Shown: in pieces, positions 11,501-24,256 of the stretch
Layout of the letters: each line of letters opens with the position of its first letter
Position numbering within the stretch: position 1 is the stretch's first letter
Assembly (NCBI GenBank): GCA_977030845.1
Contig: OZ365114.1
Location: 17,918,001 to 17,982,000 of the forward strand
From: Fimbriosthenelais zetlandica
Taxonomy: Eukaryota
Length of the DNA stretch: 64,000 nucleotides
Direction of reading: 5' to 3'
The notes under the pieces: generated by a model
Seen by the model: only the letters and a program-made list of their open reading frames with translations
The model's database searches: none
Told to the model about the DNA's origin: nothing
Program-made: the position numbers and the translations under genes

Positions 11501-14500
11501 TGGGTGGGGTTCTATAACAGAGTGACGCATGTATACAAAGATCCCTTGTCCCGGAAGAAATGGCATAACCCTGAGGCAAGAGAAATTGAAAGCAAACGTA
11601 AAAGGAGATTGAAATGTCATATGCATAGCCGATATAGATGAATTAAAAAAGGTACAAGATATTCACATCTAAACTATAATGTCGCCCATTCACTATAGAT
11701 TACAATAGATGCTGAAGAGAAGCTAAATAATAGGGCTCATCTTTCCTGCCCCTATTGACATAATGTAAAACAAATCAAGTTTTACAGTGTTATGATATAT
11801 TGAAAATACTTGTCTTTGGTTAAAATGGGATCGTAATTTTGGAGAAGTGTATTATTTAATTAGCATCGCAGTCTGGAAATGCAATTGAAAACACAAAATT
11901 AACCTACATATATACAGTCTGAGAAATCATTTGAACTGTATATAGAGCAACTGAAATTCGCTTTGAAAAACTTCGGTCACCTTTCAGATAATAATTCTGA
12001 AAATAAAATTCCTATTATTTCCTAGACCGCTTACCTTTTGCGAGATGATTTCAAGTAAAGGGAACATTTTATGAGCCTGAAATCATATTTATGTCCATTG
12101 ATATCCAATTTCCAGGGAGGAGCATAATGAAAACATACTTGAGGCCAGAGTGTTATGTTTCAGTATTATACAGCTAGTATGTTTGAAACCATAAAATTGT
12201 TTTTAAGCAAAGGTAATCCATGGTTATATTTTCAAGTCAACCCAATGGGCTGGATAAAATATATGTCCAAAAGAATGATTTTTAATGGCAGTAATAAACT
12301 AAAGATTTTTTGCTTTTTTTTTGATTTTGCAAAGTGAGAAAATATTTGTCACTTTACGAAAGACATCAACTTCCTCCATAGCGGTTTTTTGAAATCAGAT
12401 TGTAATACAAACTAATAAAACACATTATTTAACCCCATATACTAATGATAGCAAAATATTTTAAAAGCGATACCTTTCATAACTGATATAAAATGAGCAA
12501 ATTAAAAGATATTGCATCTAATTTGAAACGTGAGAGGAAAGGGGGCAATGAAAAGACTATCTTCAAGAAAAACAAGTTAAATTAAGGAGTATGGATTTAC
12601 TTTTTGCCATTATAATCAAAGAACTAAAGAAAAATGCTTTTTCTGATGCAATACAGTGAATTCATATTTTTTCTCCAAAAGTTAAAAAACAATACATCCC
12701 TGTCTGTCGACAATTAGATTTCATGAGCACACCATTAGCAAGCTTGACCAGAAGTATTGAGAGCCATCACAAGTCAAATTTATTACTGAAAAGCTTTTGA
12801 AGCAACACGAGTCAATTTAATGTACGTGCATGCAGTGTTTTTGTCATAATGGTTTGGGGGCTTGTTCTTCGCTTGGATTGATGGCTTATGGTGAAAGATG
12901 GATAAAAAATAAGAAAAAACAATACTAATTGTCAACCTCCAATTAGAAGAAAGGAAGGAGTTTCTGTCAACACTGAGGTTAAGACTTGCCTGGTTTGTTC
13001 CGGTGCAGAAATAGGCAATTAGGAAACAGTTAATCACATCAGCTGAATGTGCCAGCTTCACTCTTATCAGAGGCTACAGCCTGTGGTCCGTGAATTTAGT
13101 GAAGGTATGGTTTAAATACCCATCTGTAAAACATTTTAATAGGAATAGATAATAGTAATAAACATGCCTAATACACATCTTTGCGCCTCAAGAAAGAGGT
13201 TGTGGGGCTTTTATCACCTTAAATAAGCCACTAATCATTGGTCTTTAAAAGGCAGAATAGGCTGCTTAATGTTGCTCCGCATAATTATAATTATTAAGGC
13301 TACTCCTTCCACAATGTGTGTGGAATTAGAGTGCACGATTGGAGAGAGGTGGTTGAAAAGGAAAAACCGGGAGGTTCGTTCGGAAAATAAACATCATTCC
13401 TGGTTTCCCAATCAGTGGGGTATCATACCGGGGATTTGGGCCATCGGGCATCATGCAAAATTAGATATATCCATTAGGCAGTGTGCTCAGCTCACTTTTA
13501 TCTGTTTTTGATCTATTTTTTAATCATCCATTGATGTCTTTGTACTCCATGGAAATATCTCAAGGCGATGCCTAGAATATTACCAGGGGAACACGATTAG
13601 GAGACTCCATTCCCCACTTTATAACAGTAAGACCACTTAGGGAGTCATACTGGGAGGTCAAGAAAACCTTTTAGCACAACGCATATGGACACTTGGAAGA
13701 AGATTAGGTTTTATGTGATGGGGCATTTAGCGTATGTGTGAGGAATTGCTTTGTGTATTTAGATGAGGCTTGGCTCAAATGGATGAAAAAAAACCTTTGT
13801 CTGCAAGGGAGGAATTTTCACCAGGCTTATACATGATGTATAAGAAGATTCATTGAGGAAAACAAGGTCTATTGGCCACTCCTCAGCAGCTCTAGCAGCC
13901 CTAAGTAGATGTCTGAAAGCATTGCACCATCAACTTGAAGGGTTCACCAAAAAGTCCTATACCGTAGTCAATTCGATCTCGCTCCTTCTCACCCAATGTC
14001 TGCTTTAGTCCACCACACCCGAATGCTTTGCTAACCCCGCACCCCTCATATCCCCTCATACTTTCTCTATCTCCCCTCTCTCTCTTTTTCTTTCTCTCTC
14101 CAACCCCCGCCCCTATTTCCAGACCAATGCAGGACCCATGGCTGCATAGCTTTGGTCATGAATACTCCATGAGATGTTTTACTGGTCAAGATATTGCCAA
14201 TATATTCTTACTGCTTAGATGTGCCTTATTCTCTACTGTAAAATCAGCTCACTGTTTTTCTCTCTAGCGAAGTGAAATGCAGACATGAGTGGACGAGACA
14301 GCTCCATATAGAGGCCTTGGGGAGCAATGATAAGATGAATTTGAAACTTTTTTCACTTTAGCCTGTCTTACAAGTAACTTAAGTATCCCATAGAGTCACT
14401 ACTTATATGGTCAGTCCAACCTTCTTCCCAAAACTTTTGAGATTTATAGGCCAAAGTCAATCAATACCAAAATTGCTTAGAAGTAGCACTTGGGCTTATG

Positions 14501-14910
14501 CCATGTTATGCTATGACAGGTTATATAGAAAGAGAAATTTTTCTTCACCCTGCTGCTAATCTTATCTATTAAGTACAGGGTAAACCACCTATCTACATTA
14601 TTGGCCTTTGCATGTAGGGTTGTGGGTCAATGTTACAGCCTTTGCCAACTTGCGGTGCAGCACCTTGGCCGGTCCGGTTTAATCGCTGCCAGACATGATG
14701 GGGTGATCCATTATGGGGAATTAGACTAAGCCCTGATACAATCACCCCACAGACAGTAAACACATGCCCAAGCTGCTATTATCACTCACTAAATGATGGA
14801 TTAGAGCCCTAAGCTTTTATCTTTAAATGAAGTGAACTGGCTGGTGAATTACAGGTGCATGCAACGGAAGACTTATATATAAGTACATAAAGTCTGTTCC
14901 AGCCAAATAA

Positions 14911-14946
14911 TGAAGTGAGTGAAGTGAGTGAAGTGAGTGAAGTGAG
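14911..14946. repeat. Perfect tandem repeat (TGAAGTGAG)x4
   Basis: Four exact 9-bp units read directly from the sequence. Confidence 0.95.
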
Positions 14947-15155
14947 CGATACAAGCGATTCCTGTCATTTCCTTTCAATCATCATTTGCCATCATCATTT
15001 CCAACCATCTGAGATAGAGTATTAATCCTCATACATATTCTCAATCATGTATCCAATTGTGAGCTTTCAGGACTCAAACTGAAAGCATTTAAGGAAAAGA
15101 GGCAAAACAACACCAAACAAGTCGAGTTTGTACAAACTAACAACATGATATAATA

Positions 15156-15640
15156 GTCTTGCTGATTAAGGTAAAGCATTCGATATGGTTGACTATAATG
15201 TCTTGTTCAATTCAATGTTGTGGGAATCAAAAGGGTAGTTCTGGACTGTCTTAAAGCATATAGGCCTACCTCGGTAGTCGAACAATCATACCTCGATGGT
15301 GAAACACAGTCTGTTACAATGAGGGAATTTATGTCACCCATAGCGGACCTTAAGTTTGGTGTCCCCCAAGGCATGGTTCTGGGACCGTTGTTATTTGTGA
15401 TATAGGCCATATTCTAGCCTGTTTATGATGTCATCGACGACATATAGAGTGTCTCTATATGGTTTTGTTGATAATAGGGACTATACATTTATATTATCCT
15501 TTGATTATACAGATCAAACTAGCACCAATGTAGGCTAAGTCCTCTTCGATGATAGTCCTAACCAACCATCAACTGGACCCATTATAAAGGTTGGTGGAAG
15601 CCATGAGAAAACTCAGCAAGCAGAAGACTCAAGGCCATCA
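15156..15640 (+). mobile_element. LINE (L2/CR1 group) reverse transcriptase pseudogene fragment
   Basis: KAFDMVDYNVL (~15173-15205), SYLDGETQSV, GVPQGMVLGPLLF (15358-15396), YGFVDN (15458-15475; cf. YADD) and KLSKQKT (~15609-15630; cf. KLNxxKT) occur in canonical RT order; in-frame stops and frameshifts are present. Confidence 0.88.
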
Positions 15641-18600
15641 CATATAATTCATTTGTATTGGTTGCCTAGCTCTACCAGGAAAAACTATCCATCACAAAGC
15701 ACTATACTTGGGACAGTACTTGCTTGATTGTGAACATCGCTGTATAAGCTTCATTTGTCCTATGATTTATTGTTCTGGATGAAGAAGGGCAAGTTATGAA
15801 ACCTGCCCCCTTATTACATACGGTATTAAAGCTCTGCATAAAGGATGAACATGGCATTTAATACCCGCCCAAAATGACATTGTTCATGGTTGAGTATGCT
15901 AAATTCATTTTGCTAATTTTTCTCAAATTTCTGGACAGCTCCATCTATCGTGCTGAATCTCTGATGTTTTTATATAAAGTTCTAGAGATGCATTTCTTCC
16001 TCTTCTTATGAATCAAGGTTTTTTTACATGGAGCATCTTTGTCAGATTTAGCAGGTTGCATGAGAATGACACATTTACAGCTGAACTATTGGAGCGGCTC
16101 CATCGAAACATTCCATAGCACTTATAACAGCGCAGAGAGGGCACCCTTAAGAAAAATAAGTTAATCATCCAGGGACTGAAGCATCCTACTTGATGTACCA
16201 TAAACCGGGTATATTGCAACCTAATAAATTAAGCTGTAAAGAGTAGGGTGTGGCCACTGTGCTAATTCATGGGTAAAAAAACATTGTTTTTTTCCGGCCT
16301 GGGGGGCCGGTGTAAAGGGAGGTGAAACACTTTGTTATGTGGTATGGTGTTGAGGTTATGGTAGCTAATCACGAGGCTGAGCTGGGTAGGAAGGCTTTGA
16401 TGATAAGAATATCATGATATGAACAACGGCGATGTAAGAACATCTCGCTAAGGAATTATTGATCGAGGGTTGAAGGGATTCTGTGACATGACAAAAGCGT
16501 TCTTTCATAATTTTTTTTTACCGTTGTGTATACATTTTGTATTATTGTAGGAGTAACGTTCTTTTGCATTTAAAGTCCACATTGAAAGGAAACTGGTCAA
16601 AATGATATTGGAATTGCATGTATCACCAGTCGCTTCGACTTCAAAATGCTTAGAAATTAGCATACGATGCAGCATAAACATGATGAAGGGCTGTTGCTTT
16701 AGCGTGGGAATTGACCTTAACTGCATAATGTCAGTGTTGAAGGCATATGATCTCCAATTCTGATACTAGTCATACTCACTATGGCTTACCCAAGGAGTTC
16801 CTCTCACCAACTAGAATCAATAGGTGTATATTTGGATTATATCGTGTGATATGCTGAATGCGACCACCAAGGTCAATGGTATGCAGTCAGACTGTGGGGT
16901 GGGGTAAAATACATACCAAGGCAAAAATTGGCTAAATCCCTCTCGACACTCTCCGCATGCAGAAACTCTGCCAACAAGTATATGAGAGATCATTCAATAG
17001 GTCCTGAATAAAAATCGACCAGTAAATATTTCCCAACAACACCTGCCAATATTAATGGGCTCTCAGTTTGCCATGGATAAACATGGTATTTATATATGTG
17101 AGTCACTATAGGAGCACGGCGCAACCGCACAAAGACAATTAAATTCACTAAATGTTACTCTATGTCGATTATAGGGTGGAAGTTCACTCTTTCCTGATCG
17201 AATTGTAACTCAAAGGTCATGGAGGCAATTTCAATTCTTCCTGGCAGTTGTCCTTCTCCCTTTCTCTAAGGAAAAGAACCTATAATGTCCTCAAGTCCGA
17301 GTAAAAGGACAAATACGTGAATTCAAACAGTTCTAATACAGACAGACTTGGCTTATATCCCCTGGTGTTTCCTTTTAGTCTCCTTCAGAATACTAAAGGT
17401 GGAAAGGATATTTATCATTCCACATATTCTGTGAAATTTGATACCTTGAATATCCCTCCATCTGGGAAAGGGAAGGCTTGGAGAGGAGAAAGAATAAAAG
17501 GAAGATATAGTGGTGTGCTTCAGCGTCTGTAGTGCTTAGATGTTATCTAAAGTGCAAGCCAAAAAAGGAGTGAGAGATAGAAGGAAGAGTCATAATATGA
17601 GTTGATGCAGCATGCACACCTATTTGTCCCCATGATAATAGTCAGTATCTCTCTATCTACTGCCATGAAAAGGACATGCCCATTGATCTTTCATTACATT
17701 AATACTGTGAATTTTATATAGGTGCATGTGGATTGAACGTATGGTTTTCTATACTCTAAGCCTTTGACCAGTACGAGAGGCAACGAAAGAAAAATAATAA
17801 ATATACAACCAAACGGACCAAAGACTCCAAATCTGACTCTTTACGAGTGGGACATTGAGCCTGCTACACGGTTTAATATAACTCAGTACCATTTGCAGTG
17901 AAAATATGGCACACTAGATTCTACAGCAATTGAATATTCATACAGATATTCATAGGATACCCATCCATCAAAATCGTAGTATTTCCAGATCATGTGCGAC
18001 AGACATAGAAAACAGTTATAACATTATTTGCTTGCGTGCACTTTAAAACAGATGAGATGAAACAATAATCTTAACTGCTATAAACAGGCTGCAGCGATCT
18101 TTGCTGAAATGGACTTCGTGAAAAAGCAATAAGTCAACTGTGTGCACATTGCACTTTGCCTACTTAAGGATATTGGTCAAGTGTTTTCATGCACATGTTT
18201 AAAGGGTTAATGGACTGTATTCTATCACCATCCAGGGTCACACTGCACCATTATACATTAACTCTATTGAGTAGGATATAAAAAGTGAGCTTTGTACGTG
18301 GGTCAGTGTGGTCCAACCGCATGGCCTAATGCCATTCATGACTTGGGTGAATGTAAGGCCAAGAAGTTGAATAATGTGTTTCTATATGTGACTGTACACT
18401 ATAGGCCTAATGTTAGACATTTAAGTACAACTTTTCTAGAGTTCTAATGACGTCATTGCTTCACAAAGATTAAACCATGGGTAAAAACATTTCATTTTCT
18501 TCTAGACCAAATTCTGGAAACTAGAAACGCTAGCTATCGTATGGTGTCCTAACAGGAGGTCTGGGAGGCTATCAAACATTATCAAGCTTTAGGAGACTTT

Positions 18601-19619
18601 ATGAGAAGCTGGCCACTGTGGACACAATATCTTTATGAATAACGGGGATATCCAGTATGGGTGCGGTATATTTGGTGTGGTAGGAAGTACATGTGATACT
18701 GCATACAAGACCACTGCCTTTCCTGACCACAAATGTCCCATACTGACATAGTAACACAAATACTTCCACTTCACAGCGGATTAACAAAAATAACTCTCAT
18801 TAGAATTGAGGACTATATAATCACATAGCCTACAATTTACACCACAACTTCGAGCTTTAATGACATTCGGCAATGGAACGGTAGTATATACGGCCCTTAA
18901 TTGTCTTCTGCCTACCATTGTAAGTACTATTAAAGAGATGCTTGTAACGTGGACAGCCACAGTAAAGGCTTCCTATCATATAATTCTGCACAGGCCACAG
19001 AGTAACCTTATAGGCAATGTTGGCCTCTCTCACTGATGATACGGCTCTATACATCCTAAGCCGCTTTCATCAATTTGAGCCCAGACGCCTTATACATTAT
19101 TGGCTGCACTGCCCCAGTCCACAGTGCCTCTGTCTATGTGCCTGTCACTGACAATAAGCTCATAAAGATCTGCCAATGGGAAAGATAGTGCCTAAAATAC
19201 TAGATGGCACCCGAGATACAAGTTGAATGCTTCCGTAAAGTCAGTGGGACTCTCTCCACTCATTCATCTACTGGCCAGCGATGGTTGGTGCATGGCTTCC
19301 TATAGTTGGAGTAGGACTATGAATGTATAGTTGAAGCTCTCTATGGGAAACCTTGTTCAATTTGGGATGGTAGAGGATGAATATATTATCCTGAGGTCTG
19401 TTTCAAAAGGCCGCTACACTTTATTAGTTCAAATACGTATAACATTAACCAATAGATATAATTGTGACTTTCCTTTGAAACAGGCATCAGATCTACAACA
19501 CAATAGGCGACGAGTTCAAGCCATAAATGGGCAGATCATGGAGTATCAGTCCAATAAGGAGTCATGTACTGTCACGCAAACTGTCTGACCAAATAGTACG
19601 TATCTTGGTATAGACTGTT

Positions 19620-19830
19620 CCATCAAAATTGATAACATAAGGAAGCACTTTTCCATTCCTCAACTCCATCTAGACAGTTTTTACGCATCATATCCATTCC
19701 ATGCAGCCCCAAATCCCCCGTTCCTTGCCTCTCAAGTCCATTTCTTTCTCCAGGGTAAAGTCGCCTTCATGCATATTGGCGCATGCTCCAGTGGGGACCT
19801 TTCATGAAATAAAGGTTTTAGTGAACCACA
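19620..19830 (-). mobile_element. Possible CR1-type LINE 3' ORF relic
   Basis: Minus strand AGGTCCCCACTGGAGCATGCG (19800-19780) resembles the coding sequence for RPHLEYA; surrounding sequence is too degenerate to confirm. Confidence 0.28.
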
Positions 19831-22539
19831 AGAAAAGAATTGGGTTCACTGTGGGGTGAGTCAAATAGGACCGCAATATATTGATTGCTGTATGGTTAGA
19901 GACTTGTAAGCGCCATACGCCCATTTTTCATTGATTATTGATTGGCAAGTAATAAAATACATCACAAGTACATACATTTATAACCACTAGACCCAAAAGA
20001 AATCTTCTTGGGAGCAAATGACAATGGTCCTATTAAGGCAGAATCATATTCCATTGTATTAAAAAGAGAAATGAAAAGAATTAAAAAAGAATCTTGCTCA
20101 GAGAGAGGAGACAAGTCAAATTGTTCCCCGCCGCAGGGTCTGCTCTTTTTTGTACCTCTCATGGTTTCCTTCCACCATGGCGAAAGAACTCATCAAAGTC
20201 CATGCTGCGGCAGCAAGAAAGTAGTAATCGCTACTTGCCCGCCCTAATACACTTTATTTTGTAATCATCGGAGCGTAAAGAATTAAAATCTTGTGCAATA
20301 CGATTACTCCGAGATTTATGTCCCATGCATGTCTGACCTCAGCAGAATGTTCATACTTTCATAATGGTTTGCATATCAAAATAGTTAGTCACAGAGCTAG
20401 CTATCACTATTAGCAAAAAATGCTACTCATATATAAATACATTGATATAAATCCACTTTCTAGCTTTCTACTATATTGTGAGCAAAAATTCATATACATG
20501 TACGTTTCGCGATATGGGCTAGGAATAATGAGTGGAGGTCAAAAATATCACTCCATAAAATTCCTTTACTTAGAGTCAAGCTATTAATACGTATAAAGTA
20601 CAGATAAGAATAGAATACCTCCCACTCCCGTTTGATGAATGCGAGAGCTATAAATGATGGCAAAAATCAATAAATAGTTCACCGGTGTTAAAACGGCTGA
20701 TATTGCATGGCAGTTGATGCCAGAAGCCTTATTACTCATGCATAGATGGATCTTTTTTTGTGATATGGACAGGGGAGGTTTCTTTATATATGGATCTTTT
20801 TAATTTGACATTTTTTCCCCTTAAAAGTGAAGGAACCATCAATATAATTTTGAGATACCCTGAGATTTGAGCACTGATGATTAAAATAGTCATCTCCTCA
20901 CGAGGACGAACAACCACACCATGTAAATTATTTTCGATCTAGGAAGGCCAGTGGAAAGATCCGAGTGAAAGATGCTAGCTAGCTCCAAGCATCCCATACC
21001 AGATCTAAAAGACAGCTATGTGAGATTAAGGAGCAAGACGCTGCATCCAAGTAAAAGATGATTCAACCCATCTTTTCATCGCACTTCTGCTAAATATACA
21101 TGGAACTTTAACAGGGAGTGTATGGCTGGTGTCCATGTATTTAACTATATATAGGTTTCCTCCCGATCCTCTTGAATAATTGAACACATAGAGCGGTTGG
21201 TGGGGGGCAAAGGTGCTGGGAGCAGAGACTAAACAGCATGGGTAATCCACTCTTTCCGTGTCCCACAGTCAAATAATTACTTTATAGAACACTTATCGTG
21301 CCGAGAAGACCGTTGAGAATGGCAAGAAGAATGGGTTAAGGGACTATTTGATTTAATTCAGACATAATACAAAGAAGAGGCGTGACTCTCTGTAAGCCTT
21401 TCTTGATGGATTGCAGGTCAGGAACACAATACTTGAAAGCATAGACCATTTAATGGTTGTCATCCTCATCTTTATACCTCGATGAGATTGGTTTATTGCT
21501 TGTGGTCTTACACTAGATCTATACCGCATGCAATATGTATGTATTTGGAACCCTGAATGATCTATTGAACGTTAAAGTAGTGAATCCACTTCTGGCAGCA
21601 GTGTCCCTGGGTAGCCTATATGATGTATCAATCATGACGTGTGGCAATTACGTCACAGATAGGTCGCTTTACAGAGCGGTACAGACAAAGTTGCTTGACT
21701 TTGTTACAGACAGCCGGAGAGGGTCGTGGAAGGTCAGAGTCCATACTTGGAAGCTGTTCTTCAACCTTCAGTGGAAATGTCCATTGTAGGCGACATGGTC
21801 ATGGAGATGTTGCTAGGGCGTTGACAACATGCATCTGTGACTAGTGGTTTCACCCCTCCAGGTCCTGGTATATTCTAAATGTCAAAGTGATGAGGTTAAT
21901 TGTCTTCGGATTATTCATTAGCGGTTTGCTCCTCAATAGCAAGTGACTAATTCCCATGACCCCACGCAAGCAATGATTCACAGTGTACAACATATTGTAA
22001 GTAATAAAACGGTAGCAAATGGCTGGAACAAAGGGTAGGATACATCATAAACGGAAAGTTGTCGAGAAGTGGAGGTAATGAGGACTGTGTACTGCCTGGC
22101 CTTTCACGGTAGGACATTTTCTATAAGGAATGTCAGTACTTACAAAAGGTCAATGGGAGGTGGAGGGTATTTCTGCCCTCTATGGGCAGGCTACAATTGG
22201 GACGTTTAGGGCAGCCAGTAAATAATCGATGCTATACATAAACAGTCCATTCGCATGACTTTTTCAGGTTATGCAAACATGCACTAAGTGCACAAATCAT
22301 TAGTTATATATGTATACTGATACATAATACAATAACATCGCTTGTCAATTGGGGAATGATTATCATGTAAGTCCTTTATCAAAAAGCTGTAATTATCCGT
22401 ACATTCTGAAATCACAGAAATATGATATTTAGACTGTCAGAAAATAGCGCCGGCCGGCTTTAAGGTTATAGATACAGCAACTAGCAGGAAAAGAGAGAAA
22501 CGAATTAAATTTGAATTCCTTCTTAAAAACTTACATCTG

Positions 22540-22606
22540 AGGAGCCTATTTCAACAGGAATATTAGCCATAGACTTACATTGCTTTATTCCTTTTGAAAC
22601 AGGCCT
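22540..22606 (-). mobile_element. ~70-bp palindromic mini-element, copy 1 (opposite orientation to the 31341 copy)
   Basis: Reverse complement GGCCTGTTTCAAAAGGAATAAAGCAATGTAAGTCTATGGCTAATATTCCTGTTGAAATAGGCTCC aligns over nearly its full length with 31341-31413. Confidence 0.82.
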
Positions 22607-22711
22607 TATATCTTGATTTGCTTTGTCCTTTAATTACAAAAAGTGCACGTGAAAGTGATTTTTGGGGCCACAAACAGGAACCCTCCCTTTTCAAATTTGC
22701 TGACCCCCTGA

Positions 22712-22744
22712 CCCTCCCTTTCCCAAATCCAGCATCCGCCCCTG
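22712..22744 (-). mobile_element. Solo terminus of a GGGGCGGATCC-type short DNA element
   Basis: Reverse complement CAGGGGCGGATGCTGGATTTGGGAAAGGGAGGG resembles a terminal motif I recall from invertebrate MITE-like repeats; no partner end was found nearby. Confidence 0.38.
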
Positions 22745-22890
22745 AACCGACATCGGATATTATCTTGATTTGCTCCTGCAATGGGTTCTATTATAATTTT
22801 ACATTCTCACGTTTCCCATCTTCTTAATCAACAGTGAAACGATAATGAATCAAAACTAACATCATACCGGCACTGCAGTCCTTTGAGGAC

Positions 22891-22960
22891 CAGTGCCCGT
22901 TTCAAACGGAATATTAGCAATGCTAAGTGTGTGACTAATTCTCAGTTATATATGGGCCTG
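22891..22960 (+). mobile_element. ~70-bp palindromic mini-element, copy 2 (right arm decayed)
   Basis: CAGTGCCCGTTTCAAACGGAATATTAGCAATGCTAAGTGTGTGACTAAT...GGGCCTG matches the left arm and centre of 31341-31413. Confidence 0.72.
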
Positions 22961-23533
22961 ACACATAATATAAACCTTTTTTATGTCGAAAAGTTTATTG
23001 AACTGTTCAGACTATTGAAAGCTTTCTTCTGCCTCACAGGCTCCTTTTTTATTTGGCACCTCAATGTATAAATAACACTTTAAAGTCTCTGCCAACAGCC
23101 CCACCCTGCGAAATAACAAAAAATATAGCATCCATGCAAATGAGCTATATGAGGGCTATCGCGTGATGGCCAAGTGAGAAGTGCCTGAATCCATGTATTG
23201 ATGCACAGCCATGGAAAAATTAAAAGCTTTCACCAGCAGAGCCATCAGTAATATAAACAATTGATCAGCTGGCACCCCGCGAGAAGATAATAATGCGCTT
23301 GGGAATAAAGGCCAGAAACCCTGTAAGAGTTACATGCAAAGGCATAATGAAATAATGAAACCACTTCCAAAAAGGGAACACCAGATCGCAATATATCAAA
23401 GACAGGCCTGCATGTGAGCTGCCATATCATATTGTGACTAGGCCTACGTGCGAAAAACCAATTTGTATCGGAAAGAAAGGTACGCACTGGCATTAAAACG
23501 GAAGCTGTTTTAGGTCATGGAATAGACTATTTA

Positions 23534-23645
23534 GTGGCTAGACCACTCACATGTTTGCCCCCGATTGGCCTACTGGTGAATAACATCTCGACCGGTGGTT
23601 AGACCACTCACAAGTTTCCCGAGACTGGTCTACCCGGTGAATAAC
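23534..23645. repeat. Two-copy tandem repeat, period 61 bp
   Basis: GTGGCTAGACCACTCACATGTTT...CTACTGGTGAATAAC (from 23534) and GTGGTTAGACCACTCACAAGTTT...CTACCCGGTGAATAAC (from 23595). Confidence 0.85.
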
Positions 23646-24070
23646 CTTGAGGCATTGAGGCCTTCATTTGAGCCATTATCTAAGTGTTGACCTGATTCGC
23701 AATCTCATTTTCTTTCTCTTCATTTTTTTTATTGTTGCATGTTCAGGAGTCATGTAAGGTGGTTTCGCCACCAAGGACAATGCCAAAGATGATTAGCCAT
23801 GGATGCCAGACAGCAACATCCGGCAGCAAGGATTTATCATACATCAGATGGATCATGATACAGTCAATAGGGTTCCTAATATATCTGCCATGTAACCAAA
23901 ATCAATTTTAGTTCAGTTGTAGAATACTTTTACATCAAGTCTATAATGTGTCATTGTGTTTCCTAAACATCTTGAAGCATTGTTGAAGTCAGGGTGTACA
24001 ATGTTATCCTATGGGGAATCATAACACTGGTGTGGAAGCGTGTCATCATTACCGCTTCATTTCATCCTGA

Positions 24071-24256
24071 GTGCTAAAGGATGTTGCCTTCATTCCGACT
24101 AATTGTTTCAAAACCCTCGCTCTGAGCCAGTGGAGAGAGGTAAGAGCGACTCTAGATATGGGCGTGTTTTATGCTGTTAGCACTGCAAATCATGATATCA
24201 TGGACTCCCTCGGTGGGTTGGGAGTGTTAATTGGATGTCTAGTGGCAAGAAAGTAG
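24071..24256 (+). mobile_element. Decayed L2/CR1-type LINE RT relic
   Basis: The supplied ORF reads AFIPTNCFKTLALSQWREVRATLDMG...AVSTANHDIM (cf. GFRPxHSTETAL...W...LDxG...AFDTVNHDIL). Confidence 0.45.

Noticed and set aside
19962-20260. CpG-retaining patch whose minus strand reads YYFLAAAAWTLMSSF (GPCR TM3-like) and whose plus strand has CCACCATGGCG
   Set aside because: The plus-strand ORF is only 15 codons; the minus-strand reading hits a stop and lacks credible splice sites.
21490-21720. Possible LINE 3' relic (MQYVCIWNP, cf. LEYAxxVWxP)
   Set aside because: One motif only; kept out of the feature list pending a profile search. The same applies to 25190-25240 (WEAYKG), 43450-44000 (TTLALVKI, FDTV) and 46180-46360 (MEPYL).
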